Assembly (NCBI GenBank): GCA_002633005.1
Contig: NMRA01000532.1
Location: 1 to 64,000, forward strand
Length of the DNA stretch: 64,000 nucleotides
Origin: Phoronis australis
Taxonomy: Eukaryota > Animalia > Phoronida
Reading direction: 5' to 3'
Positions 24,701-36,114 of the stretch are shown piece after piece. The stretch's first letter is position 1, and each line of letters begins with the position of its first letter. The position numbers and the translations under genes are program-made. Under the pieces are notes generated by a model. That model did not search any database and had not been told where the DNA came from. It saw only the letters and a program-made list of their open reading frames with translations.

Positions 24701-27380
24701 CTGCTCTCTGAGTAAGTGAACTTTGTGAATTATTTAAATATTAAGTTATTGGATATTCTATTGATCAGATCCTCAGTGTCAATGTTTGGCCAATCCCCTT
24801 TAGCATACATATCATCCCCTGTAAACATCCATAAGGAAAAACATCCATACGTAAAAGGAAAAATCCATAAGATCTCTAAACTGGATTGCAAGGTGACATT
24901 TTATTAATTATTCGGTGAAATAAGACCTGCTCCTACAAGTTACGCCATTGAAAAGATCCTTCCGTTCACGGAGAAATCCACTGCTTTATTGCGTCCTGAA
25001 TTTCCTTACGGGAGACCCCATTCAGAATCTTTTCAGTCACAACTGAAAGTCGCTTTCGAAACAAAACGTTACTTCACAGTTGTCGGGATTCTCGAAATGC
25101 AGTGTGCACATGATCAAAGTGGAAGGAAATCTAGCTACCATGAAATAATGCGCGATTTTATAAGACCGTTTACTGGCTGTTTGTGCTCTCTGTGGTGTAC
25201 AGTACATTTGTAAACGTTGACATCATAGGAATTGTTTATAGCTCTGAATTAATATAATTGAAGTTTTTTTTAAAAGAATCGTACACACGTATACTATTTT
25301 ATTGATTCAAATCTGTATAAAATACAGACATTCTGAATAGGTTGACATGTTGAATTGTTTCCCATTGGCAGGCACATGGGTGGAGGCGGGCCTGCCTTCT
25401 GCTTGTCACTCGCCTTCGTAGGCTTCTGTACAGCCGTTGTGGAAACATTGGGTCACTTGTTGGGGTGTGTCGTTGGACTCTACGTCCCTGTGACAGGTAT
25501 GTTGAGTTAGCATTGTTAAAGTCATTAGACTCAATGTCGCTGTGACAGGTATGTTGAACTATAGCATTGTGAAAGTCACCGGACTCTATACATTTATGTG
25601 GTAGACATGTTGAACTAGCATGTGGAAAGTGTCCTCTGACCACTTTGTCAGCGTCAAAAGAAATAATAATTTTAGAACTTGGAATGCAAGCTTACAATTT
25701 ATGCTTTCTCCTTCTGTGTCAGGCTCATTTCAGATTTTCCACATTTTGACATGACTTTGTTATCCAATGCAGGTATCACTATTGTTGCTTTTGGTACCAG
25801 TTTGCCAGACACCTTTGCTAGTCGGACGGCCGCATTACAAGATGATGGTGCAGACGCTGCCATTGGCAACATCACAGGTAACATTCATTTCAATGCATCA
25901 GAGGACTTGCTATGTTTCACCTGTTGATAACACGGTGTTTGTCCAATTTAACACTGCATGGGAAATAGTGATATTAGTGACCCAAATTTTGAGGTCGGTA
26001 CAAGAGGAGTTTAACTCTTTGTCAACCTCCTGACATGCAATTATCAAAACACGACAACAGGTGGAATATAGACCTGCTGCTGTTTTGTTTTCATGGGGAA
26101 CTGAATTTCAGTTTGAAGGAGCTTAATTGACTGCATGCGAAAGTAATTTCTGTAAACTCTTTTTTAAATGCATTCATTTTTTTATCAGTGGAATAGCAGC
26201 GCCACAGATTGTGACATTTTTGTCCAATGGGATCAAGTTCTGTAGTAAACATGAGGTTTCATTAGGCCAAAGAAAATGGCATAGTTGGTTCTCAATGGTC
26301 TGCACCTGACTCAGTTTTAAATTTGTGTCCCATTTTTAAAGAAAAAAATCCTGCCTTACTTTTGCAATTTTCGCTAGCACCACCACAGTGTTTTGCATCA
26401 CCTTTTCGTAATGTAAGATTGAGTCTTGTAAGTTGTCCTGCCTCGTATGTCACAGTCTTTTGTTGATTGATTATAGGTAGTAATAGTGTCAACGTATTCC
26501 TGGGTCTGGGGTTGCCGTGGGTGATGAGTACACTATATTACTATTTCACAAACAAGAACAAGGGTGTCTACACAGTGTCACAGGCGAGCCTTCCACAGTC
26601 CGTCATTATTTTCACCACATGTGGCACCATCTGTATAATCATGCTGCTGGTTCGGAGAGTGGTGAGTCCTGCTCTTTGGCTTTATTCTTTAGATGGATTG
26701 TTGAGAGCCACGTAATAATTCGGATCTCATTGAAGTGGCAAACACTATTCATGTGAGATATTTTTTCATTTGGTATGATAAAGCTTTTCATCGTATTGTA
26801 AGATTTTTCATGTAAGAGAATTTTTTTCTCCATTTTCACATTTTCATATAATTCTAAAGTTCCGTGCACCTACATGATACAAATGATGCATGCGTATTGC
26901 TGTCATCTCAGTCTGGGTGTCCTACATCTGCTACCTGGCATCATCTTAGTCCTGGCTTACTGCATCATTCTGTATTTGCGTCTGCTTCTTTATGCCAAGT
27001 CACTCGCGGTGTGTAAAATGGAGCAAATGTGTGTCACCAAAAAGATGCTGCCTGTAAATGTTTAACTGCTGCATCCCCTGAGGTGATTTTAACGTTTTTG
27101 TGTTCATTTTGCACCCTGCTCTCTACAAGTATATCTACCGAACAGTTTGAGGATTGTCATGAAATTTGAGGGATGCTCTTTCGTTTTCTTTGTTGTTACT
27201 TCTCTAGACTGTCAAATTTACCGAATTATTATGTGTATTTGTTCACAGGTGATTGGAGGAGAACTAGGGGGATCTAAAGTTGTCAAGTGGGCGTGCAGTA
27301 TTGTTCTCCTAATTCTCTGGTTCACATACATTATTATCTCTGCTGCTCTTGCCTATGGGTGGTTCAAGTGGGAAATGTGA
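12608..27380 (+). CDS. NCX: Na+/Ca2+ exchanger (SLC8/NCX family), 5'-partial multi-exon gene: CBD1, CBD2, alpha-2 repeat and C-terminal TM helices
   Basis: 14 GT-AG exons that join in consistent phase when one of the two duplicated exons is used. Two Calx-beta domains, [49 protein letters not shown] and GGELGG motifs are typical of NCX. Stop TGA ends at 27380. Confidence 0.96.
13133..13157 (+). CDS. NCX: NCX 25-nt microexon ((I)SKSTLKVA)
   Basis: tttgtttttcag acceptor and gtgagt donor; converts the phase-2 end of the previous exon to the phase-0 start of the next. Confidence 0.8.
13230..13321 (+). repeat. ~95-bp dispersed repeat, second copy at 15983-16086
   Basis: tggctcaaaaatactcg...atatgttgctgctcttgaac...ttccaatgttttacaa in two NCX introns. 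Confidence 0.8.
13739..13918 (+). CDS. NCX: NCX exon: CBD1 insertion plus C/D strands (NGGTT...[25 protein letters not shown])
   Basis: ttttctcag acceptor, gtaag donor, 180 nt open, V.F.T.EGTA..DF Calx-beta motif. Confidence 0.92.
14270..15425 (+). mobile_element. Degenerate interspersed element with ~120-bp core repeats (Helentron-associated/DINE-1-like)
   Basis: Recurrent ctgtatctcc, gattttcatgaaatttgg-like and ccctagtggcca motifs shared with 11727-12045, 19472-20640 and 38270-38430; family assignment by resemblance only. Confidence 0.5.
15580..15965. repeat. 65-67-bp intronic minisatellite x ~5.5 with degenerate flanking copies
   Basis: aacaaaccactcatctgtctactc at 15611, 15676, 15741, 15806, 15873, 15940. 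Confidence 0.93.
16641..16803 (+). CDS. NCX: NCX alternative exon A, CBD1 E-F-G strands ([54 protein letters not shown])
   Basis: gttttag acceptor, gtagg donor, 163 nt, phase 0 to 1, ends in DDD. Confidence 0.9.
17073..17235 (+). CDS. NCX: NCX alternative exon B, CBD1 E-F-G strands ([54 protein letters not shown])
   Basis: cattttag acceptor, gtaag donor, 163 nt, same phase as exon A and paralogous to it. Confidence 0.9.
19472..20640 (+). mobile_element. Degenerate interspersed element with core repeats (Helentron-associated/DINE-1-like)
   Basis: Starts ttttatgcgcc, then a short catccatccgtcc microsatellite, then repeated core motifs. Confidence 0.5.
21438..21561 (+). CDS. NCX: NCX exon: CBD2 N-terminal part ([41 protein letters not shown])
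   Basis: tttttcag / gtaagt; phase fits either exon A or B. Confidence 0.92.
21976..22111 (+). CDS. NCX: NCX exon: CBD2 middle (DGLAKGG...[31 protein letters not shown])
   Basis: aacag / gtataa; G.LEF..GET.K.I.V Calx-beta motif. Confidence 0.9.
22486..22576 (+). CDS. NCX: NCX exon: CBD2 F-G strands ([30 protein letters not shown])
   Basis: ttttcag / gtggga; phase-consistent; GA.IGEH motif. Confidence 0.88.
22613..22739. repeat. 42-bp tandem repeat x3
   Basis: tttgtttcttgctttacatttaagaaatccaaaatggatcac. Confidence 0.92.
23094..23172 (+). CDS. NCX: NCX exon ([26 protein letters not shown])
   Basis: ttccag / gtatgt; SW.EQF motif. Confidence 0.9.
23185..23345. repeat. AT-rich ~27-bp tandem repeat x ~6
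   Basis: gttattccaagtgttattttattttac units. Confidence 0.85.
24106..24228 (+). CDS. NCX: NCX exon ([40 protein letters not shown])
   Basis: gttcag / gtgagt; DY..HF....WK..FAF.PP motif. Confidence 0.93.
25372..25496 (+). CDS. NCX: NCX exon, TM segment ([41 protein letters not shown])
   Basis: ggcag / gtatgt; phase-consistent; GG...F..SL..G..TA.V...L.GC..GL motif. Confidence 0.92.
25773..25877 (+). CDS. NCX: NCX exon, alpha-2 repeat ([35 protein letters not shown])
   Basis: atgcag / gtaac; GTSLPD ion-binding signature. Confidence 0.96.
26477..26661 (+). CDS. NCX: NCX exon ([17 protein letters not shown]...IIMLLVRRV)
   Basis: ttatag / gtgagt; GSN.VNVFLG.G.PW motif. Confidence 0.95.
27249..27380 (+). 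CDS. NCX: NCX terminal coding exon ([43 protein letters not shown])
   Basis: tcacag acceptor; GGELGG and LW..YI..S motifs; TGA stop. Confidence 0.95.
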   Translation: MIGGELGGSKVVKWACSIVLLILWFTYIIISAALAYGWFKWEM

Positions 27381-28979
27381 AATGGCACCTGAATTCATGA
27401 CAGTGTTATATGAAGGACCAAAGCTATAATGTCACGTGTCGACCTGGCTGCTCTCCACCCGTCCACATATGAAGCAAACGCCGCTACTTGAATCCATTGT
27501 GTTACGTAGTGACTTCTGTAGAGCCCAGGAATGCTGGACATGGGGAAAATGTCTTCAGAAATAAAAAGAGGTGAACTCTGTGAAGTCTGAAGAATTTCAA
27601 AGATATCTTGTTTGACATTGTAAAACAAGGAACATGGTGGACAAAACTGCTGGCATCTGTGAAAATGTGAAGTATTTATGTGAAGCCAATCAAGGATGAC
27701 AGGCTGTCAGGAGCAGTTTATGAATCAATGCCTGAGACATGTCAACCAATCTTGTCGATTGAAAAACAATGGCCAAGTGTGATTGGTTGATTTTTTAGGG
27801 AAACCAATGTTATTATAAATTCAGCAGGCAGTCGTGTAGGCCCTGCATCAACACGATGTTGAATTTGGCTAGCAATATACAGGTGTTGGGGCCTATTATC
27901 GACTCGCACATAAACATGCAGCTGTGTGCGTGTCACTTGAAAGTAGCTGAATGTGTATTTATATTTTTATAGAAACAATTCTGAATCTCTTAACGATACT
28001 CTTTCCGCTTCATTTCAGTTAAGTTTCGCAAAATGACTTTTACCACAAACCAATTAACTTTAAGCGGATTCCCGAATCATACTCATCCAACACGTTATCA
28101 AAATTACTTAAATTAAATATGAAATTTCCAAAATAACTTTTGATTTTCTGACTGTTCACCAACAAAATGACACGTTTGAAGAAATTGAACTTCATATTTT
28201 ATGAAATACCAATAAAAAGCTTAAATACAAGAAAGGTTGTAATTACCTAATATGGTTCTGTTTCAGTGATGTCTCTTCTAAAATGAAACTCTTTACTGTT
28301 CTAAACTCATGAAAATGACGGAAAGAATATCTTTATACTATGTGTTCTTGACTTGTGGTCACTGTGTTGTATAAAAGGTATAGTACACCCATTGTCGGGA
28401 GCTGGTTACACTTACTCTGTCCCGGCCGTTTAGGCTGTGAAAATTCAAGAGATTCTCCGAAGGATGACTATTTCATCAATCAAAACTTCTATGGCCATCA
28501 TACATCTGTTTATAACCATCGATATTAACGTCTTGTGCTTACTCTAAACTGGTCCTCTTAGCTGGAATTAATGTGGATCTGGGTTCGTATTGTTGACATT
28601 TTACCAAGTGAGATGTATCATTCAATGTACTTATGTAACACTCCCTATTATAACATTAGTTAGCTGTGAAATAGGGTGAATATTTTATGTTGTGAATGGT
28701 TCTTGTATTGTTATTTCATTCCAAGTTTCAGTGGCTTAGTCGAAAGGAACCATGTTTCAATATCTTGAAACCTGAAACATGGCACCTCGAATATGGTTCC
28801 AGGTTGCTAGAACCGATTCATTCCAATCTTAATCTGTGACATTGCAAAGTGAAAACTGCAACCTACAGTGCATATTTCCGGTCTTGTTCATGCTGAAACC
28901 TGCAACTAATCGCACTGATTTTCAATTCATTTAGGCAATAGCATTTAAGCTTGATGTGACATCATTAATACTATTTTGA

Positions 28980-29129
28980 TTAATGGACCATGGTTTATAA
29001 TTTGGTTCTTTCGCAAGTCGGGCACCTTTGAAGGAGGGCGGAAAGGGCCATGGCACAATTGGTCAATATAATCACTTTCTAACAATGAAAACAAACAGAA
29101 TTACAGCAAGCATCCATGGTCCACTTTAA
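28980..29129. mobile_element. Short TTAA-flanked inverted-repeat element (possible Kolobok/piggyBac-type MITE remnant)
   Basis: ttaa-tggaccatgg ... ccatggtcca-ct-ttaa. Confidence 0.35.
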
Positions 29130-30639
29130 GAGATTTAGGTCACTGGAACCTGTGACATCACCATTAAACCAGGTCAAAGGTTTCAAGAAAATGAAACCGT
29201 TGGAAATATGCTAAGTTGCTGTAACCATGACTGAAAAAACAATACACATATCAAGAATCAATGGTAATATTCAGAATCTCAGCTGGGGCTCACTTCACAA
29301 AGTTGTTTTTGTAAAAGTTTACGTGTCCATTCTGCAGTGATATAGACCAGGGCTTTGTTGATAACCTCCGATTATAACGACAACTTTTCATGCCTGTCTT
29401 GGTCGCTAAGAATTTGTATCCCTGAGGACTAAGGTATGACAAACCTAACTTACTGTGAAATGGCCGCAGACTTTTCCTTGAGGAAGTTTAATAGAATTAC
29501 TTAAATAATATTTAATAATTCATTGTTAGTGATGTGAAGCATACATATATTATTTCAGTTTTAGCACACTAACTCGTCAGGTGTCTGTTTTTTTTTCTGA
29601 TTCGTTGTACAGTAGAGGCTAAATTGCCTTTATTCGAGGCACTTTTACTGATTATGTCTTAACCAGTTTATTGTAACGTATTTTGAATCTCATTTTAGCA
29701 GGGTTGTTTTTACCTTTGGATAATGAGCACAATCATAAATTTGAAAAAACGACCAAAAACTACTGACTCACTGGTGGGTCTAAATGTTTTGTTACTTCGG
29801 CATAGGAAGTGTTGTGATACTGGTACTCCTTTCTGAGATGGGATAGTTTTTGGAAGTCTCCAATGTCAACATTACCCAACAATTCTGTGAAGTCTCAAGT
29901 AGTGGCCAACCGTTCTGTGATAACATTTAATATTGAGAAAGCTTTATTTTTATTTTGTGCTGTAGATACTTGTAAATATCGATTTTAACTCGACAACAGT
30001 GTATTTTACTTTAATTGTAAATTTACGACTATGCTCAGTAGTTTCTCAACAGATATCGCGACTGAACCACTGACACCTGAAAATATTTTTTTCACTTTAT
30101 TTGTATCACCTTGTTTAGTGCTGCTCAGTTCATTTTCTTTTTAGCGATTTTTAATGTTGATAAAATACATTTACAATTTGAACCTTTTATTTCTTATGGC
30201 AACGTTTCTTCTGACAGATTTGAATTGGATGTTAATAGATTGCCAGATAGAATCTTTTCATCAGAAATTCCTTATGTGCCCAGGCAGTACCATCTGTGCA
30301 CATTCATAACTATGGCCTGCAGTTTAGCTTATAACGTCTAAAATTACTCGACTCAGGTGGGCAACATTATGTGTGCACAGTTCAGGTCTTGTAATTTTCC
30401 TCTTTTATGTGGATTTCCTGTTATTTGATTTCCAGTTTTCTCTTTTATGGACTCTTTTTATCATTACTTGACTTTATTGATGCAAAAACGTTTATTTCAG
30501 TTAAATTTTACAATACAAACAATCTTTCTATCACATAAGCCTATTTATTTATGGAACTATACCTGACCTGGAATTTTTTTTCTTTTTTGTCATTGGTCAT
30601 TCGAAGCCTTTAGGGTAAGAAGTATTGACTGACCTTTAT

Positions 30640-30760
30640 ATCATTTGGTATTGTTTAAAGCCGTATTATACCTGTGTTTTCTTATCATTTGATATTGTTT
30701 AAAGCCATATTATACCTGTGTTTTCATATCATGTGATATTGCTTAAAGCTGTATTATACC
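30640..30760. repeat. 44-bp tandem repeat x ~3
   Basis: atcatttgatattgtttaaagccgtattatacctgtgttttc units. Confidence 0.85.
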
Positions 30761-32194
30761 CGTTTTGATTTAGTCCACTTATCTTTACAAAATTGGTCTT
30801 GCATTGTTCCTTACTCGTGTGATCTCTGTACTCGGGAAGAATTTTCAGGGTGTTATTTCTTCTGATTAAGCTGATGACATGTCTCAAGACATAACAATTT
30901 GTCAACTTTTTCCCAGTCCTGAGGTCACCTCTAATTTGACTGGAACTATTTGACCCCAATTTCATAAGAGAAGTGGCCTAAGTCAAACCTTGTTTTTTTG
31001 ACAGAGAGCGCAGGTTTAATGCTGCTTTTACTCATACAGGCAATGCTATTTGTGGCCTTCACAAGTATTGACTGTCACTTAAAAACTGTCTTCTTGAATG
31101 CTGGGTGTGTTGCCATCTTTTCAGGTTGCTTTCTGGGCGAATGTTTAAAAACCATGAAATTGCACTTGACCATGGCTTACATGTGTAATTCCCGTAGTCT
31201 CCACGAGTGTCACTGTAAAAGCATGTTACCTCTTCACCTGTGTATTATACACCAAGACATTAATGTCAGAAAGTTTTATATTCATAATTATTTGTAGTTT
31301 CTGTTAAGTTTGCCACCTATTCACCAAATTATCTGGTCATATGTTTAGAGTTATGTTGTTCTTGAAGTTTTTGTTTGTATTTTCTTTTTAAGTCACACAA
31401 ACATGTACTTTTGTCGTAATCTCGTCTTTGATGCTCATTGAATCAAAAATCCTATGTTCCAATATCACGTATATTTAAGCTGTTGTTTTTTGAAAGTTAT
31501 AGACGACATCCCCATACTGTTAAGACGGTACGTTTTGTAACAATAGTTCTTTTTCAAACTGGCTTTGCTTTACGTGGGCTGTGTTTCATGAACAGTAACT
31601 TAAACTCGTAAGGCAGAAGTTTGGTCGTACACTACCACTTCACAATTTTCAAATATAAGTTAAGCCCTGTAATTTTTAACACATAATTGCCTGGAAATAG
31701 TTTGTACAAACATTCTCAATAAGTAAGTCAATTATGGGTTTCTTCTCAAATAATTTATTCGTTTCCTAAAATGAGTTTTAATTATTTTTCAGAAATTGTT
31801 ATGCGATATGTTAGACCAAATTTCTGTCTTAGGGCACTTTTCATGAAACATTTACCCTGAGCGATTCTCTTTATTCGTCTTAGGCATGTATGCAAATTGT
31901 ATGTTGGTCTACATCTGAATTTCGTCTATTTCTGTTTCGTAACAGTACGGCTATCGGAAATAACATTTCGTCTACGCCAGTGATCTGTTAAACAGGGTTT
32001 TTGTATCTACTTGTGACAGTTCGAGACTTGCATGTGATCTAGTTTACTTTTGTTGGAGATCACGTTTTCATTTTGTTATCCTGTTAGGCATAAAGGTTTT
32101 GTACGTTTGTAGGTTGCAGATTGCAGCGCTGAATGTGTTTGACGGTTGAACAATGAAATTGTACATAATTCGAGTGATGGTGTGTTAAAATGAG

Positions 32195-32200
32195 AATAAA
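32195..32200 (+). terminator. Candidate distal polyadenylation signal of NCX (proximal candidates at 27560 and 28211)
   Basis: AATAAA followed by a GU/U-rich tract (gatttgtgtgaggtttcatttt); AATAAA is common by chance in AT-rich DNA. Confidence 0.3.
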
Positions 32201-32425
32201 GATTCACAATGCCCCGATTTGTGTGAGGTTTCATTTTATACTTGTTATGAGACTTTCTCTAAAACAACTTGTATTCACTACTTGTTCACTTTGGTTGCGT
32301 TGCTAAACTGATCGTTTTACGTTGTTGTTTAGAACACAATGCCTCGTTTTCATGTAAATTTTAACAACGAAAACGTGAGAGCGCGCGTGTTCCAAAGATG
32401 CAGAACCAATGTTTGTTTAGACACT

Positions 32426-32677
32426 CAGTGGCGGATCTAGGATATCATAAGAGTGGGGGGGCAACTTGTTGTCTGGGGCAACCGCTCAAAGCACGGGGGG
32501 CTCGAACTTTCGGGTTAGCGGAGCTTCAGATAAAAATCAAATCGGAGGACTAAAATTTTGTTCCAGTCGCAAGTTAATTACCGTGTGTGTGAATAAAGTC
32601 AATATTTCCTAACGCTCTTGCTGTTTTATTTTTTCTGCGGCAGCCAAGGCCCCCCCTTCCCCTTAAGTCCGCCTATG
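32426..32677 (+). mobile_element. MITE with CAGTGGCGGATCTAGG ... TCCGCCTATG ends
   Basis: Imperfect TIRs with G-run/C-run subtermini; no clear TSD. Confidence 0.6.
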
Positions 32678-33538
32678 GATACAACACCTCGCTTTCAACC
32701 AAAGATGGTGAATTTGTGGTAAGGCCTAGGGTTGAGTGAATTCAAAGATTCTAGCGGAGCCCGCGATAAGGATAACAATATGCTAGGAAGAAAAGCACCC
32801 AACTTGTCAATGAGACGACAATTACAGCGACGCTGTAATAGAGATGGTATGTTCTTTCCATCTGGGCTAGTTGGAAACAAACAAAAAGCCAATTTTTGTT
32901 TTAGTTTTTTAGTCGTACAGAAAACTGACAAGGAAATGTTATTTCAAATCACCAGCATCCCACGAATTTGCGCCCAAAGCACCTCATAAAGGGCTAAGCA
33001 CAAAAGTGGGCAAAATTTACCACATCTTTGCACTCCAATTTCGGTGGGAAACCATTTTAAAAGCGTAAAGATTGTCTTCTGATAGAGAGGTTAAATTTTT
33101 ACAAACATATTATTAACAGTTTTTCTCTACCTCTAATTTGCACCGTTTTAAAAGTGCTTTACTTACTTTACCTATGTGAATCAAAAATGGGCTATTTTGG
33201 GTCAAAATGTTGATGATGCTCTTTAAAAATACTGGCCCGAATAATTTGCAATAAAACCTTTTGAAAGAAAAATTACCAAGATGTATGAACACGCATTTTT
33301 AAAGATCTGAGTCGGTGATCCTAGAATCGACCGCGTAGAATGGCAGTTAACAATGGTAAGAAAATCCACAGTTAAAGCGTACAACGCAAATTTATCACCG
33401 TCAGTGAGTCCTCATGAAACACTTTTTTCCCATCTGAAATGTTCCACAATATGAATGAATTTCTTTGCCCACCGTTTTCTTTCCTTGCCCAACTACTGCC
33501 AAGCCGCCTTGTACAGTTATACTTGTGCTATGAAAATA

Positions 33539-34917
33539 ACCGCGGCACCAGAAGCAATCTGTCACACGAATAAAGCTCACAGTTGATGTGATTTTGTCAG
33601 TCGTCTATGAATGGGCTCATGCTGGGGACTTATTCTTGTCACGTGACTTTTGTATTTCCCGCCAATGAGATTCAACTGAATTGCTATTTCGAACCACACT
33701 GCTATTGAGACAAGAGAGATTGACACGTGCGATTACTTCTGCGATATACGAAACCTATATATATTGTGAAACCTTTATTACTACTGCTACGAGATCTATA
33801 CAATATATTGTGTGGAGTGCCTGAACAAGTGAGAATGCTTTTCATAGATTTCCTCAACAGCTTTAATTTGTGGATCCATCACAAAGTAAGTACTCTGCTT
33901 TTATCATGTGTTAAGTCACAGGCACCTTTAAGTAGCCCTCGATCATATACTGTAATAAAGAGAAAGTCTCTTTATTTAGTGTATAGTTGAGGGCTGATCA
34001 AAAGTGCCTGTGGTTAAGCGTTATGTTTTTTCGAACACGGTTGCCAGGCAAACACTAATAATTGAAAACAAAAAGCATAACGACACAGGTCATGAGGCTT
34101 TGTGTATTTGGGATGTGACCATCAATAATCGTCCATTTAGATGAGCAAAAATAAAAAGTTTGGTAAGGATAGAAAAAGCCCGACGAGGAAAGATGTCATT
34201 CAAGTGAGACACTTTTGAAATGTGTGATTGCATTTTGNACCGCGGCACCAGAAGCAATCTGTCACACGAATAAAGCTCACAGTTGATGTGAATTTGTCAG
34301 TCATCTATGAATGGGCTCATGCTGGGGACTTATTCTTGTCACGTGACTTTTGTATTTCCCGCCATTCGAACCACACTGCTATTGAGACAAGAGAGATTGA
34401 CACGTGCGATTACTACTGCGATATACGAAACCTATATATATTGTGAAACCTTTATTACTACTGCTACGAGATCTATACAATATATTGTGTGGAGTGCCTG
34501 AACAAGTGAGAATGCTTTTCACAGATTTCCTCAACAGCTTTAATTTGTGGATCCATCACAAAGTGAGTACTCTGCTTTTATCATGTGTTAAGTCACAGGC
34601 ACCTTTAAGTAGCCCTCGATCATATACTGTAATAAAGAGAAAGTCTCTTTATTTAGTGTATATAGTTGAGGGCTGATCAAAAGTGCCTGTGGTTTAGCGT
34701 TATGTTTTTTTCGAACACGGTTGCCAGGCAAACACTAATAATTGACAACAAAAAGCATAACGACACAGGCCATGAGGCTTTGTGTATTTGGGATGTGACC
34801 ATCAATAATCGTCCATTTAGATGAGCAAAAATAAAAAGTTTGGTAAGGATAGAAAAAGCCCGACGAAGAAAGATGTCATTCAAGTGAGACACTTTTGAAA
34901 TGTGTGATTGCATTTTG
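33539..34917. repeat. ~690-bp tandem duplicate separated by a single N (probable haplotype/assembly duplication)
   Basis: 33539-34237 vs 34239-34917, near-identical with small indels, junction exactly at n34238. Confidence 0.85.
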
Positions 34918-35798
34918 ACTCTTTATGTGTTTGTGATCAATTTACCTTTCTTTTCAATTGCGGATTTTGTTATCATTAGGTCTATTAAGTTTTGTTGTCA
35001 ACTCCTTTGGTAATAAATCAAGATCTGGAGCCTTTTAATGTTTTGAAACCCCGAACGCTTCGGAATTCAAGTTGGCTAAACGTTGGCGTTAGCTTTAAGA
35101 TGCAACGTCGTTAGTTATCGCTGAGTTGTTGAAACGGCAGTCTCTTTTAAAATATTTACTAGCTTGAGTTCCTGCAAAATGTCAATGGTTTACATATTTT
35201 GATAGGGCTTCATCACAAAACGTGAACCAACACATTAGTTTTCAAGTGTTTTTTGCCGCCATAATGGAAACAATCGTGGAAATTTGTTGAAAACCATGTC
35301 TAGAATACACGTTATCGTTCGTGAGCATTGTGGAGGTTTAAATAGTCCTTTCTGACTAAAGTTTATAGGCGAGACATGACGACTGTTGGACGACGTCAGG
35401 CTACGAGAAGAATTAATCCGGGGCTCTCAAATCCAAAATACATGAAAGACTAGACAAAATGCAGAAAATGACGTCCTGGTCAAACTTTTTGATGTGTAAA
35501 AACCAGACTTAATTCGACCATAAAGTAGAGCCACAGATAACAGATTTCCACGATGATTTAAATTAAGGCGAAAAAGGCCACGCAGAACAAAGTCTTGAAC
35601 GGAGAAAAATGTTTAAATACATCACGTCAAGACGATTGATAAAACAGTAGCACACTCAAACGCTTAGACATCCGTACTGGGTAATCTCTCTATAGACCCC
35701 TGGGCACAGAGATCACTACACTTAAATTCATTACTTATTTGCTACTCACTGTACTAGAATTTTTTTTGAGAAGCCCGACTATAGTTGGACACAATGAT

Positions 35799-36114
35799 CA
35801 TAGGTGGATTTAGGGGGGGGGGGGGGCAGGGGNGCGGAAGCAAAGGACAGCGTTAGGAAATATGGGGTACACACTAACTAGGAACGGCGCGGACGAAGGG
35901 GGGAGGGGTTAAGCCGCTCACGCCCGGGGTGCGGCGGAATCACTATGTCGCCGTTTTTTGGTTTTTTTTGTCCTCCGATAGATTTGGGAACACCAGGGGT
36001 CACAACGCTGGCCCCCGCAACTTTCGAGGCGCGTGTGTATACGATCGCGCTTTGCCCAATTCTTCGAGGCAACATATGTTGGCCCCCCCTTATGTTATCC
36101 TAGGTCCGCCACTG
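35799..36114 (-). mobile_element. MITE with the same end sequences as 32426-32677, opposite orientation
   Basis: cataggtggat...cttatgttatcctaggtccgccactg. Confidence 0.6.

Noticed and set aside
33539-34917. Tandem gene duplication (87/90-aa ORFs)
   Set aside because: Junction is a single N, copies look allelic, and the ORFs lack domain features; probable assembly artefact.
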